Below, piece by piece: positions 1-8,024 of a stretch of DNA of 52,809 nucleotides. The stretch is from contig CAINNR010000016.1 of assembly GCA_903851235.1 (NCBI GenBank), positions 1 to 52,809 on the forward strand. Reading direction: 5' to 3'. Origin of the DNA: an uncultured Candidatus Berkelbacteria bacterium (GTDB lineage Bacteria; Patescibacteriota; UBA1384; XYA2-FULL-43-10; CAINNR01). Each line of letters starts with the position of its first letter. Positions within the stretch are counted from its first letter, which is position 1. The translations under genes and the position numbers were made by a program. The notes beneath the pieces are model-generated. The model was not told the origin of the DNA, did no database searches, and was given only the letters and a program-made list of their open reading frames with translations.

Positions 1-25
1 CATAACTAAAAACCAGAAGGTCGAC

Positions 26-153
26 CTCCCGCCAGTTTCAAACAAAGAACAAAATAATAGGCTGGAACGGGTCAAGAGTGGAGCACCCTACGAGCTGAAC
101 GACCTTGAGGCGAGACAGCCTATTATTTTATACAATTGAAGGACTGGCGGGAG
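26..153. other. Long nested hairpin (candidate structured RNA or leader of a minus-strand gene starting at 3)
   Basis: ctcccgccagt 26-36 pairs with actggcgggag 143-153; aaaataataggctg 51-64 pairs perfectly with cagcctattatttt 116-129. Confidence 0.55.
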
Positions 154-178
154 AAATTCATCAAAATGGCCCAGGTAC

Positions 179-207
179 TTGATTTTCTGGTATATTTATG
201 CTATAAT
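179..207 (+). promoter_or_regulatory. Sigma70-type promoter
   Basis: TTGATT 179-184, 17-nt spacer, TGn-TATAAT 202-207. Confidence 0.7.
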
Positions 208-224
208 GCGTAGTTAGTTGAACC

Positions 225-1317
225 CCTACAGGACGGGGTCAATCCGAACACTTGGAAGATTTAAAACAGCAGATTTATCTGGCTGTTTTTTTGTTTTTCC
301 GGTAGTTGTTTAATCTCTCTTTCGGTGTTGCATATTTCAGACATTCCATAAAACGTTGGTTTAAGGTTTCTTCAATTGCCATTATGAGCTCTTGATCGTA
401 TTTGGATAAGTCACTACTTTTTGGGATATATTTTCTGATTTGCTTGTTTGTGTTTTCAACGCTACCTTTCTCCCAGGAAGAATATGGATTACAGAAATAT
501 ATTTTGATTCCAAGTAACTGTTCTAATGTTTTGTGCATTTGAAACAGAATGTCGTTATCCAGTGTTAATGTTCTCATCTCTGGAAATTTACTTTTAATTC
601 TTTTAAATGCTCTGTGGACTTCATCGATGGAAACATTAAGGATTAATTCAAGAAATACGACTCGTAATCTTCGGTCGGCCACGACAAGGAGAATTCCTTT
701 CCCAGACTTGCCGGAAACGATGAAATCACCCTCCATGTCGCCAACACGAGACCTGTTGTTGATGTTCTTTGGTCTGTCGTTAATGAATACTCGATCTTTT
801 AATTCAGTAACTTTTTTGGTTGGACAGGATTCTCTTTTCTTTTGAAGTTTGATTCCGATTAGTTTACCATACGGACTCTTGATATATCGGTAAATCGTAT
901 CCTTTGAAACATTCGGTAGATCTTTCTCCTGATACTTTAATCTACCGGCGATTGCTTTGGCTGATTGGCCATTAACCAGCGCGTCGTCAATAAACTTTCT
1001 AAGCTGGTTATCGGCAACAATCATTTTTCCGCGAAAACTTGAATCTCTTCGCCTGACATATGACTTGTGCTGGGCTTTTTTCGGATCGTATTCTCCATTA
1101 ACGGAATTTCTTTTGATTTCGTCAGAAAGAGTTGAAACCGACCGCCTTAAAACTTTGGCAATATCTCGCAGTGAATACTTCTTTCCCAGAAGAATGGCAA
1201 TTTCATTTCTTTCATCTTTTGATAAATGGTTAAACCTACTTTTTTTTCATCATTTTAATCTTTTTAAAAATCTCTACTTTTTATTTTAAAGTGTTCGGAT
1301 TCAAATGCGAATCTAAG
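225..1317 (-). mobile_element. IS30-family insertion sequence (~1093 bp)
   Basis: Imperfect 29-bp terminal inverted repeats (225-253 and 1289-1317) with a 13-bp identical core aatccgaacactt; ACC direct repeat at 222-224 and 1318-1320; encloses the transposase. Confidence 0.85.
275..1250 (-). CDS. IS30-family transposase; ATG at 1250 is out of frame by one A in an A8 run
   Basis: DDE motifs GDMEGD, TLDND, WEKGSVEN in ORF 275-1024; the same frame continues upstream as an HTH (FNHLSKDERNEIAILLGKKYSLRDIAKVLRRSVSTLSDEIKRN) with no in-frame ATG. Confidence 0.85.
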
Positions 1318-1444
1318 ACCTTGAAAACACTTTGAGATAAGCGCAGTGGAGATCAAATTATTGGTCTCTGGTGTGCTTATCCCAAGAGGGACAAAGCCTG
1401 CAATCCGCTTATGCGGGGCAGAACACGTGAAAGAGGTGTGTCGT

Positions 1445-2263
1445 ATGAATACGGTGCGTCTCACAGACGATTTCGGGAGAGACCTCGGACTCATGCACGA
1501 GGTAATCGTAACCGGCCGCAAGGTCGGCACCGCGAATGAGCTGACGGCCTTCTTCGCCAAGTTGGCCCACGACAAAGACCTCTTACGCTCGATGATGGAC
1601 TGTGTGTTGGACCGTGTCAGTCTGACTTTTTCAGAGAGGTTGGCACAAGAGATCCTCGGCAAAGGCAAGGTCATCGGCTATCAGGATACCTGCCGCATCT
1701 GGCGGGTGGATCAACCCGAGGTCGAGCCCGCAATGCCGTATAACGAGGACATACTGCTCCAAGCCGCCGAGAGGAACCAGAACGGCGAAGACTGGCGGTT
1801 TGTCTACTGCACCGGTCTCAGCCTTCGCACCCAACTCGAAGTCATGGGCGACAACCGTAAGAAGCAGCCCTGCTTCGACCACGACTACAAGTGGTGGTGC
1901 GAGAACCAGCAGTACGAATGGGCCAATAAGCCCGTCGAAGCAGGCTACCGCCTCCTCGACTTCTCCTGCCCGTTCACGTCCAAGAACTGGCAGCAGCAGA
2001 ACAACGCCATCACCGCGTCCGGCGAGCAGTTCGTCCGGGCCGAAGAGCAGGCTGTTGCTGAAGCCTGTTTCTCCAACTTCATCCTGAACGGCAAGGAACG
2101 CCTACTGCAGAACCGCTATCACTGGGGTCATTTGCAGACCGCCGATGGCCGCCTCGTCTTGGTCGGTCGCTTCGATCACGACGGCTTCTACGTCAACTGC
2201 ATCTGGGGCGACGGCCGCGTCGACGACCTCCTCGGGGCGGTCCGCGCCTGGAAGTCCGCCTGA
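1445..2263 (+). CDS. Hypothetical protein with a C-terminal CLec-like region resembling DGR target proteins
   Basis: GAGGTG RBS before ATG 1445; GC-rich; C-terminus RLLQNRYHW...TADGRLVLVGRFDHDGFYVN..W.D....LGAVRAWK. Confidence 0.6.
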   Translation: MNTVRLTDDFGRDLGLMHEVIVTGRKVGTANELTAFFAKLAHDKDLLRSMMDCVLDRVSLTFSERLAQEILGKGKVIGYQDTCRIWRVDQPEVEPAMPYNEDILLQAAERNQNGEDWRFVYCTGLSLRTQLEVMGDNRKKQPCFDHDYKWWCENQQYEWANKPVEAGYRLLDFSCPFTSKNWQQQNNAITASGEQFVRAEEQAVAEACFSNFILNGKERLLQNRYHWGHLQTADGRLVLVGRFDHDGFYVNCIWGDGRVDDLLGAVRAWKSA

Positions 2264-2299
2264 CCTTGTGGTTCGAATGTTTGTTCCCTTAGTACCCAT

Positions 2300-2357
2300 G
2301 AGCCTTGATGGTTGTCTCGCTTTGCGAGACACGCCGTCGGGGCTCTTTTTCTTTTTT
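2300..2357 (+). terminator. Compound hairpin plus T-tract
   Basis: Outer stem gagccttgatgg/ccgtcggggctc; inner tgtctcgc-ttt-gcgagaca; followed by tttttctttttt. Confidence 0.7.
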
Positions 2358-2632
2358 CAAAAATCAAATATATTAGAACAGTTTCGCTGTTACTGGCTCG
2401 GCTAAGGCCTGGCCATGCGAGATATCTAACTTGATTTTCCGGAATACTGTATTTCTATCTTCAAGTTTCCTGGTGGCAAAATTTTGTTTTCTTTAAACAT
2501 ATTTATTATGAATCAGTCTAAAAAAAATAGAACTTTTAACGGCCTTGAGACCTTGCGTTCTTATCTGCTGTGTAGTATATTCTGTATGCGGTTCTTTGAC
2601 ATCTACATGAACACCAAAAGGGAGGATACAAA

Positions 2633-3604
2633 GTGCGCAACATCAGTCTGCTCGCGCTTGTCGTATTATTCCTATGTTCCGGTTGTGGTGGACCCAAAAC
2701 CAGCTGCAAATCCAACGCGGAGTTGAGTCCGACGCAACTCAAGACCGCCGAAAACATGGTCAAGGACGTGTATCAGAAAGTTCTGGAAGGCAAAGGCAAG
2801 ATTGTCGCCTACTACGACGAAGAGTTGTATATAATGCCGGATGGAAACGGCGATTTCGCCAATGCGGTCAGCAAGAATGCCAAGAAACTTGAAAAGCCGA
2901 TCCACACTATCTCAGCCGTCCATCTTCCGGTTCTCAATCTGACTGTCTCAGACATCGAGCCATTGGTTCAAGCGGTCGCTTGCGAAACCCAAGAAAACGG
3001 CAAGAAAAGAAAGTATAAGATCGTCGATTGGCGCATCTTGATCGAACCCGGAATGGGTGGAGGAGGCCTGGGCGGAGAGCTCGACAAGCTGACTATCATC
3101 CCGGTAACAGTGGAGATAACCGACTTGGGTGGCAAATCCAGTTCAAAACCAACACAAATTCCAGTCAAAACGACCGGCAGTAAGGGAGAGACTCTGTCGG
3201 ACGGTCTGGTCGGTATCTGCCTTGACACCACGACCGAGGGCATCTTCAACAACCCGGTCATCGGGTCTTCAACCCCGGTCATAAATATCCAGTTTACTCT
3301 CGACAACCTGACTGATTCCTCAATCTCATTCGATAAGATCGAGGTCACTTTCCATGCCGCCAACCGACAGTACTCCAAGTGCGTCATCGTTCAGTATGGC
3401 GCTGATGGCGATTACAGTTGCTACTATCTGCCGCCGTATCATGAGGCAACCACGCCTTTCAATCTGGAGGTGTCCGAGTCCGCAACCTTCCACTGTGGAA
3501 CCGGTAATGACCGTATCGTCCATGGTAGGAACCGGGTGGTCATCAAGGTTTTCTCCGGGAAGACGCTGGTTCATGGTCCGTACAACATCGACTTCTCGAT
3601 CTGA
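2633..3604 (+). CDS. Hypothetical lipoprotein
   Basis: GGAGG RBS before GTG; signal peptide with lipobox-like LCSGC; 323-aa ORF. Confidence 0.7.
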   Translation: MRNISLLALVVLFLCSGCGGPKTSCKSNAELSPTQLKTAENMVKDVYQKVLEGKGKIVAYYDEELYIMPDGNGDFANAVSKNAKKLEKPIHTISAVHLPVLNLTVSDIEPLVQAVACETQENGKKRKYKIVDWRILIEPGMGGGGLGGELDKLTIIPVTVEITDLGGKSSSKPTQIPVKTTGSKGETLSDGLVGICLDTTTEGIFNNPVIGSSTPVINIQFTLDNLTDSSISFDKIEVTFHAANRQYSKCVIVQYGADGDYSCYYLPPYHEATTPFNLEVSESATFHCGTGNDRIVHGRNRVVIKVFSGKTLVHGPYNIDFSI

Positions 3605-3844
3605 CAAGTTGATGGAATAAACCACCTTGTCCACATCTTAAACCCTAGGTGTGGGCTTTTTTTATCCGCAAAGTTTGGGTTACTATAGCCAAAGTTGATT
3701 TCAAATAATAATTTTTTCCGCTACAAAAACCAGCTTCCCGAGTTACTAATTTGCGAAAGTCAGGTATTGCAAGACAAAATATAGTCAAAGTGGGCAAAAA
3801 TAAAAGCCGCGTCAACAAAACGCGGCGGTGTGTTCGTACAAATT

Positions 3845-4411
3845 CTAATAATCGTCGGACAGAGGGCAGTTATCTTTAGGTGCGGGAAGAGGGGCGTAAA
3901 GTGGCAGATACTTTAACTCGGCATCAATGATAAATGAATCGTCGAACTCACAATCTGCCCGATCATCGTTCGTCAAGCAAAAATGAGCTGCAGCCGTTTC
4001 CATCAGCGTCGGATACAGACATTCAGAGGAAACCTCTGTCTGCCAGCTGCCAGATTCGTGATTCCAGAAATACAAAACCTTTTCTTTGTAAACTGCAATA
4101 CAGTGGGGGCTCTTGTCCTGCAGTTGGCCGTCAACAACCTTGCCTTCCATCAGCCAATTGGCGTCCGATTCAATAATGATTCTGCCAAGCCGATCAATTA
4201 ACCAGGATTTCTCCGGCCGTGTACCATCATCGAAACGGGACGAGGAAAAACTCCAAATTTCACAATCATCCGGACTCGGCAAAACAACGCCGGGATCATG
4301 ACTGCCGCACCAGTAATACTGTTCACCGTCAACCAAAGTAGTTACGTAAAACGGCGGCTGTGCTTCGAGTGGCATTTCGATCACTCCCCATCCGGATGAT
4401 GTTGCACGCAA
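3845..4411 (-). CDS. Hypothetical protein (start uncertain)
   Basis: 188-aa ORF followed by a gccgcgt/acgcggc hairpin and T-tract at ~3796-3828. Confidence 0.55.
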   Translation of the reverse strand: MRATSSGWGVIEMPLEAQPPFYVTTLVDGEQYYWCGSHDPGVVLPSPDDCEIWSFSSSRFDDGTRPEKSWLIDRLGRIIIESDANWLMEGKVVDGQLQDKSPHCIAVYKEKVLYFWNHESGSWQTEVSSECLYPTLMETAAAHFCLTNDDRADCEFDDSFIIDAELKYLPLYAPLPAPKDNCPLSDDY

Positions 4412-4883
4412 AGAATATATCAGATTACAGACTTAAAATATACATTTGCGCATTAAGTAATCTAAAATGCGCTAAAGGTTACTTTTTAAATTACTTGAGA
4501 CGAAGGTTTCTTTCTTCTGATATTTTAATTTGGTAGAGGCATTATTCGATTAGAAAGGATATATTTTGTCGGTTTTCATCTTGTATCTCTATAACTTGGG
4601 AACAATTTTAGTTCTAATCTGAATGTAATTCAGGAATTTTGTTAATTTTAATACAAAAACAGCCTCTCTGTGAGAGATTATTCCTCGATTCTAATCTTGT
4701 TAGGTAGAGCCGAACATATGGGGGAGAAAGGTTGTTTTAGGGTCAAATAAATACCTCTGGACCCCAATAGAGCTTGATTCTGCTCCAATATGGATTTATC
4801 CATATAATTGTTTTCATTGCCGATGAAGACAATTCTTAATATAAATATATCTCATATATCATTCTTACCAAGTGTACAACCAG

Positions 4884-4912
4884 TTGACAGGGGTGAAAAA
4901 TTGCGTTATGGT
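4884..4912 (+). promoter_or_regulatory. Promoter of paralog 1
   Basis: TTGACA-N17-TATGGT; 30/32 identical to the copy at 5562-5593. Confidence 0.7.
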
Positions 4913-4952
4913 GCTTTAGTCCGACAAACCCGACACAGAGGAGTTGAAGCGA

Positions 4953-5387
4953 ATGAAATACGGCAGTTCCGATGACCAAGTTGTAGTCGGACTTCAGACC
5001 AGGATCAAGGAAGCGAAGCAGCTTGGTATCGATGACACAGTCATCCAAGACATGAAACTTGCATTGGATTCTTATTACCTGGCAGCCGATGTCTTAAATC
5101 TGAAGCGACGACTAATCGCAAGCAGAATACTGTCAGTAATAGCAACCACAATCCCGGAAGCTTACCCTATTGCCAAGGAAGTTTTGTGGGATAATTTCGT
5201 CAAACGGTATTTCCAAACCAATCGCCGAATTTCGTGGGTAGCGGTAGTCGGACCATTGAATGATCCGAAGGTTATCGTTGCAAATGAAAACGAGTATACC
5301 GAACTATCGCACGAAGAATGGCACCAGCTTTCTGCAAACAACGGCGGGTTGCTGGTCTTCGTCTATCGACGAACAGATCGTTTCTGA
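4953..5387 (+). CDS. Hypothetical protein, tandem paralog 1
   Basis: AGGAG RBS then ATG 4953; shares LWD.F...YFQ, W.AVVGPL..PKV and NGGL.VF with 5634-6080. Confidence 0.75.
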   Translation: MKYGSSDDQVVVGLQTRIKEAKQLGIDDTVIQDMKLALDSYYLAADVLNLKRRLIASRILSVIATTIPEAYPIAKEVLWDNFVKRYFQTNRRISWVAVVGPLNDPKVIVANENEYTELSHEEWHQLSANNGGLLVFVYRRTDRF

Positions 5388-5395
5388 GAACTTTT

Positions 5396-5421
5396 GAGCG
5401 GCAAGACGCCGCTCTTTTTTT
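5396..5421 (+). terminator. Intrinsic terminator
   Basis: gagcggc-aagac-gccgctc followed by T7. Confidence 0.8.
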
Positions 5422-5564
5422 CTTGCTTGATCTCCCGAGCCAAGACATTCGGGCGGCCGGAGCCGGAAGACTTCAGTCGCGATATCTTGAACCAGACCAA
5501 ACGACGGATGTTGCAAAGAATAGACCAAACAAATTGATATTTTCAAGTAGCGACAAAAAATCAG

Positions 5565-5593
5565 TTGACAGAGGTAAAAAATTGCGTTATGGT
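5565..5593 (+). promoter_or_regulatory. Promoter of paralog 2
   Basis: TTGACA-N17-TATGGT. Confidence 0.7.
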
Positions 5594-5633
5594 TTTTGAG
5601 TCTGTCGAACCTGATGTCAAGGAGCTGGGTAGA

Positions 5634-6080
5634 ATGGGATACGGAACACACGATGATCCTCTGATCAAGGTAATCGCAGAAAGAATCGCGCTGGCGACCA
5701 GAGTTGGCTGCAGTGGTGCTGTCATCAGGGCGATTCAACAATCACAAGATGCTTATTGCGGTATCATTCCGATTCTAAACCAAAAGTGCTATGACTTGGC
5801 TGCCGAAGTAATGCAGTTGAAAATGGATCAGGAACCAGACATAGACGAGATCATTCACAGGAACTTTTGTCAGATATTGTGGGATAAATTTCTAGAGAAA
5901 TACTTCCAAGATAACCCCCACGCTCAGTGGATAGCAGTTGTCGGTCCATTGGAATCGCCAAAGGTCGTCGCCTATAGCGAAGAGATAAACATTTGGCTCT
6001 CAACCGATGATCGCCGTCAGCTCTCCGAAGACAACGGCGGCCTAATTGTTTTCAGTTGGTTCCGATCGCAACAATGTTAG
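5634..6080 (+). CDS. Hypothetical protein, tandem paralog 2
   Basis: AAGGAG RBS then ATG 5634 (the ORF-track start at 5565 is the -35 box); homologous to 4953-5387. Confidence 0.75.
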   Translation: MGYGTHDDPLIKVIAERIALATRVGCSGAVIRAIQQSQDAYCGIIPILNQKCYDLAAEVMQLKMDQEPDIDEIIHRNFCQILWDKFLEKYFQDNPHAQWIAVVGPLESPKVVAYSEEINIWLSTDDRRQLSEDNGGLIVFSWFRSQQC

Positions 6081-6086
6081 AGCCTT

Positions 6087-6112
6087 GAGCGGCAACTCGC
6101 CGCTCTTCTTTT
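6087..6112 (+). terminator. Intrinsic terminator
   Basis: gagcggc-aactc-gccgctc followed by ttctttt; same stem as at 5396. Confidence 0.75.
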
Positions 6113-6201
6113 ATTTGAATTAAAAAAGGTCCAGCACTTGTGCCGGACCGCAAGATATTTCTATTCGTCTTTACAATTTAACAGACAATCAACAGTAGCA
6201 G

Positions 6202-6942
6202 CTAAACCACCTGCCTTTCTCTTAGTTTTTGCTCGGCAAAGGCCAAATCAGACGGTGTGTCAATGTCAAAGGCAATTTCCGGCCACATGCACTCCAGAAG
6301 TCTGGCTCGACAGCCGAGAAGCTCACCAAGCCGCCGCTCGATGTCATGCGGCTTTATCTGAAATGTCATCAGCCGCAGGAAGTTTCCCCACCCAAGAGCA
6401 ATCAAGTCGGCTAACGGCTTGCAGCGATTCATCCGCAAGATGATTTGCAAATTCGGTTTAACATCGCCTTTGATGTAAATCAGGTTACCTTGGGCAAAGC
6501 AATTGTGACTGCCAACCAAGTATTTTGTAACCCGCGAGCTCTTTCTTTCAGGCCAGAGAAAGAGTCGATGAACCACAGGCCAGATAAAATCTTCTTTACA
6601 AATAGCCACCCTGTCGATAAAGTTCCGGATCAGATCCGTGTTGATCAAAACGGCATCAACGTTAACAATAATCATCGGCTCCAAATCCGGTTTCCGTTCG
6701 ATCACTGACAGTAAATCAGAGAGATACTTCCCTTTGGTCACAATTAGCTCAACACCATCAATCGCGGGAGTGCCAGCCGGAGCAACGATCACAATCTCCG
6801 CTCCATTACCAAATACCCCACGAAACTCCTCCAACACCCTCTGCCACATCGGGATACCGTTAACCAAAACAAAGGCTTTCGGTCCCATCCCAAGACGAGA
6901 GCCATGACCGCCAGCTAGAATGCCGATTTTCACCTTGATCAC
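6202..6942 (-). CDS. MobA-like NTP transferase
   Basis: ILAGGHGSRLG..KA N-terminal motif; DIDTPSDL near the C-terminus; AAGGAG RBS. Confidence 0.75.
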   Translation of the reverse strand: MIKVKIGILAGGHGSRLGMGPKAFVLVNGIPMWQRVLEEFRGVFGNGAEIVIVAPAGTPAIDGVELIVTKGKYLSDLLSVIERKPDLEPMIIVNVDAVLINTDLIRNFIDRVAICKEDFIWPVVHRLFLWPERKSSRVTKYLVGSHNCFAQGNLIYIKGDVKPNLQIILRMNRCKPLADLIALGWGNFLRLMTFQIKPHDIERRLGELLGCRARLLECMWPEIAFDIDTPSDLAFAEQKLRERQVV

Positions 6943-7014
6943 TCTCCTTGCGAGGATTGTAACACAGGGATCTCATTTATGCAATAATTATTGTTTGATT
7001 TCCTCGACTACTTA

Positions 7015-7995
7015 TTACCATCTCCCGCTGTAACCGAGTAAGAATTCATGACAAGTTGTATAAATCTGAGCCGTTGGGCTGCTCCAAATGGCGCCAGAGT
7101 ACCCGGCTTTAGCGGATGCATCAGCCCAGTAGCCAAGATCATATTGGAATAAACCATAATGTCCGTTAGAGCTGACACTGTCGGCGTGACCGTTACTTTC
7201 TTTCATCATCAAATTACAAATGGCATTCGGGTCCTGACCATATTTCATTGCCGCCGCCAAAACAATGTCGTTATAATTGCAGCGCACGGTTATCACCGGC
7301 TTTGTTCCAACATCATCGACTTCACTGGTTGGTTGAACTGTCACAGTCGTATCAACTAACACTCTGCCAACTTCTACTCCGTCCTCCCGAGTAACTCTAT
7401 ATGTCAATTGTTTTGCACCATTGACGCCGGCAGTCAAAACCCGAACTTTCCCCTTATCTAAAGTCGGATCATCTTTTTTAACTATTTGAAACGGTACCGG
7501 TTTGGTTTCAATAATGTTTGTTTTCGCCACCCTGGTTATTGTGACGCTTGAACCATCAAAAATTTGAGCTGAGGTCGAAACGCTGATTTTGTCATCAACA
7601 CCAAGTTCAATATTTTTTTCCGCCAAGAGTTCACCGACGGTTTTCTGCCAGCTACGATAAACACTGACCTTCTTCCCATCCTTAATGTTGATCACCGGCG
7701 CCCGGTCGATTTTTATCGTACTGCCAATACCAAGTTTCGGATCGGGAAAAACCGAGATTTTATCCTCCGGATAATACGGAACCTTGAGATTGGGAATAAT
7801 TTTCGTCGGATCGGTGTTGATAGACTCCCCAGCGGTAATTTTTTCGCTCCCTGATGGCTGGATTTCTCTGATTTGATAGGGATAACTCTTAGCTGCCGTC
7901 TGATTGCTAACACCCGCCGCCTGACTTTTGAGGGCGCTAAAAAAACCGAAACCGGCTAGTGAGACAAAAACCAAAGCGTAAAAAAAATTGCGCAT
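7015..7995 (-). CDS. Secreted G5/DUF348 protein with a lysozyme-like transglycosylase domain (RpfB/YabE-like)
   Basis: Signal peptide; TVGELLAEKNIELG (DUF348-like); G5-like region; KESNG...GLFQY motif. Confidence 0.8.
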   Translation of the reverse strand: MRNFFYALVFVSLAGFGFFSALKSQAAGVSNQTAAKSYPYQIREIQPSGSEKITAGESINTDPTKIIPNLKVPYYPEDKISVFPDPKLGIGSTIKIDRAPVINIKDGKKVSVYRSWQKTVGELLAEKNIELGVDDKISVSTSAQIFDGSSVTITRVAKTNIIETKPVPFQIVKKDDPTLDKGKVRVLTAGVNGAKQLTYRVTREDGVEVGRVLVDTTVTVQPTSEVDDVGTKPVITVRCNYNDIVLAAAMKYGQDPNAICNLMMKESNGHADSVSSNGHYGLFQYDLGYWADASAKAGYSGAIWSSPTAQIYTTCHEFLLGYSGRW

Positions 7996-8024
7996 GAGTA
8001 CATTATATCAAATTAGTCCGGTTT

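Noticed and set aside
549-2405. Short overlapping ORFs (549-845, 957-1289, 1264-1674, 1631-1882, 1800-2087, 2102-2332, 2145-2405)
   Set aside because: Antisense or alternate-frame shadows of the transposase and the GC-rich gene, with no motifs. The same applies to the other nested ORFs in the track.
4412-4880. Possible pseudogene in the AT-rich gap
   Set aside because: Only short open stretches with no recognisable motif.
2264-6200. Integron cassette array
   Set aside because: The genes have their own promoters and terminators and mixed orientation; no attC-like RYYYAAC/GTTRRRY sites or integrase were recognised.
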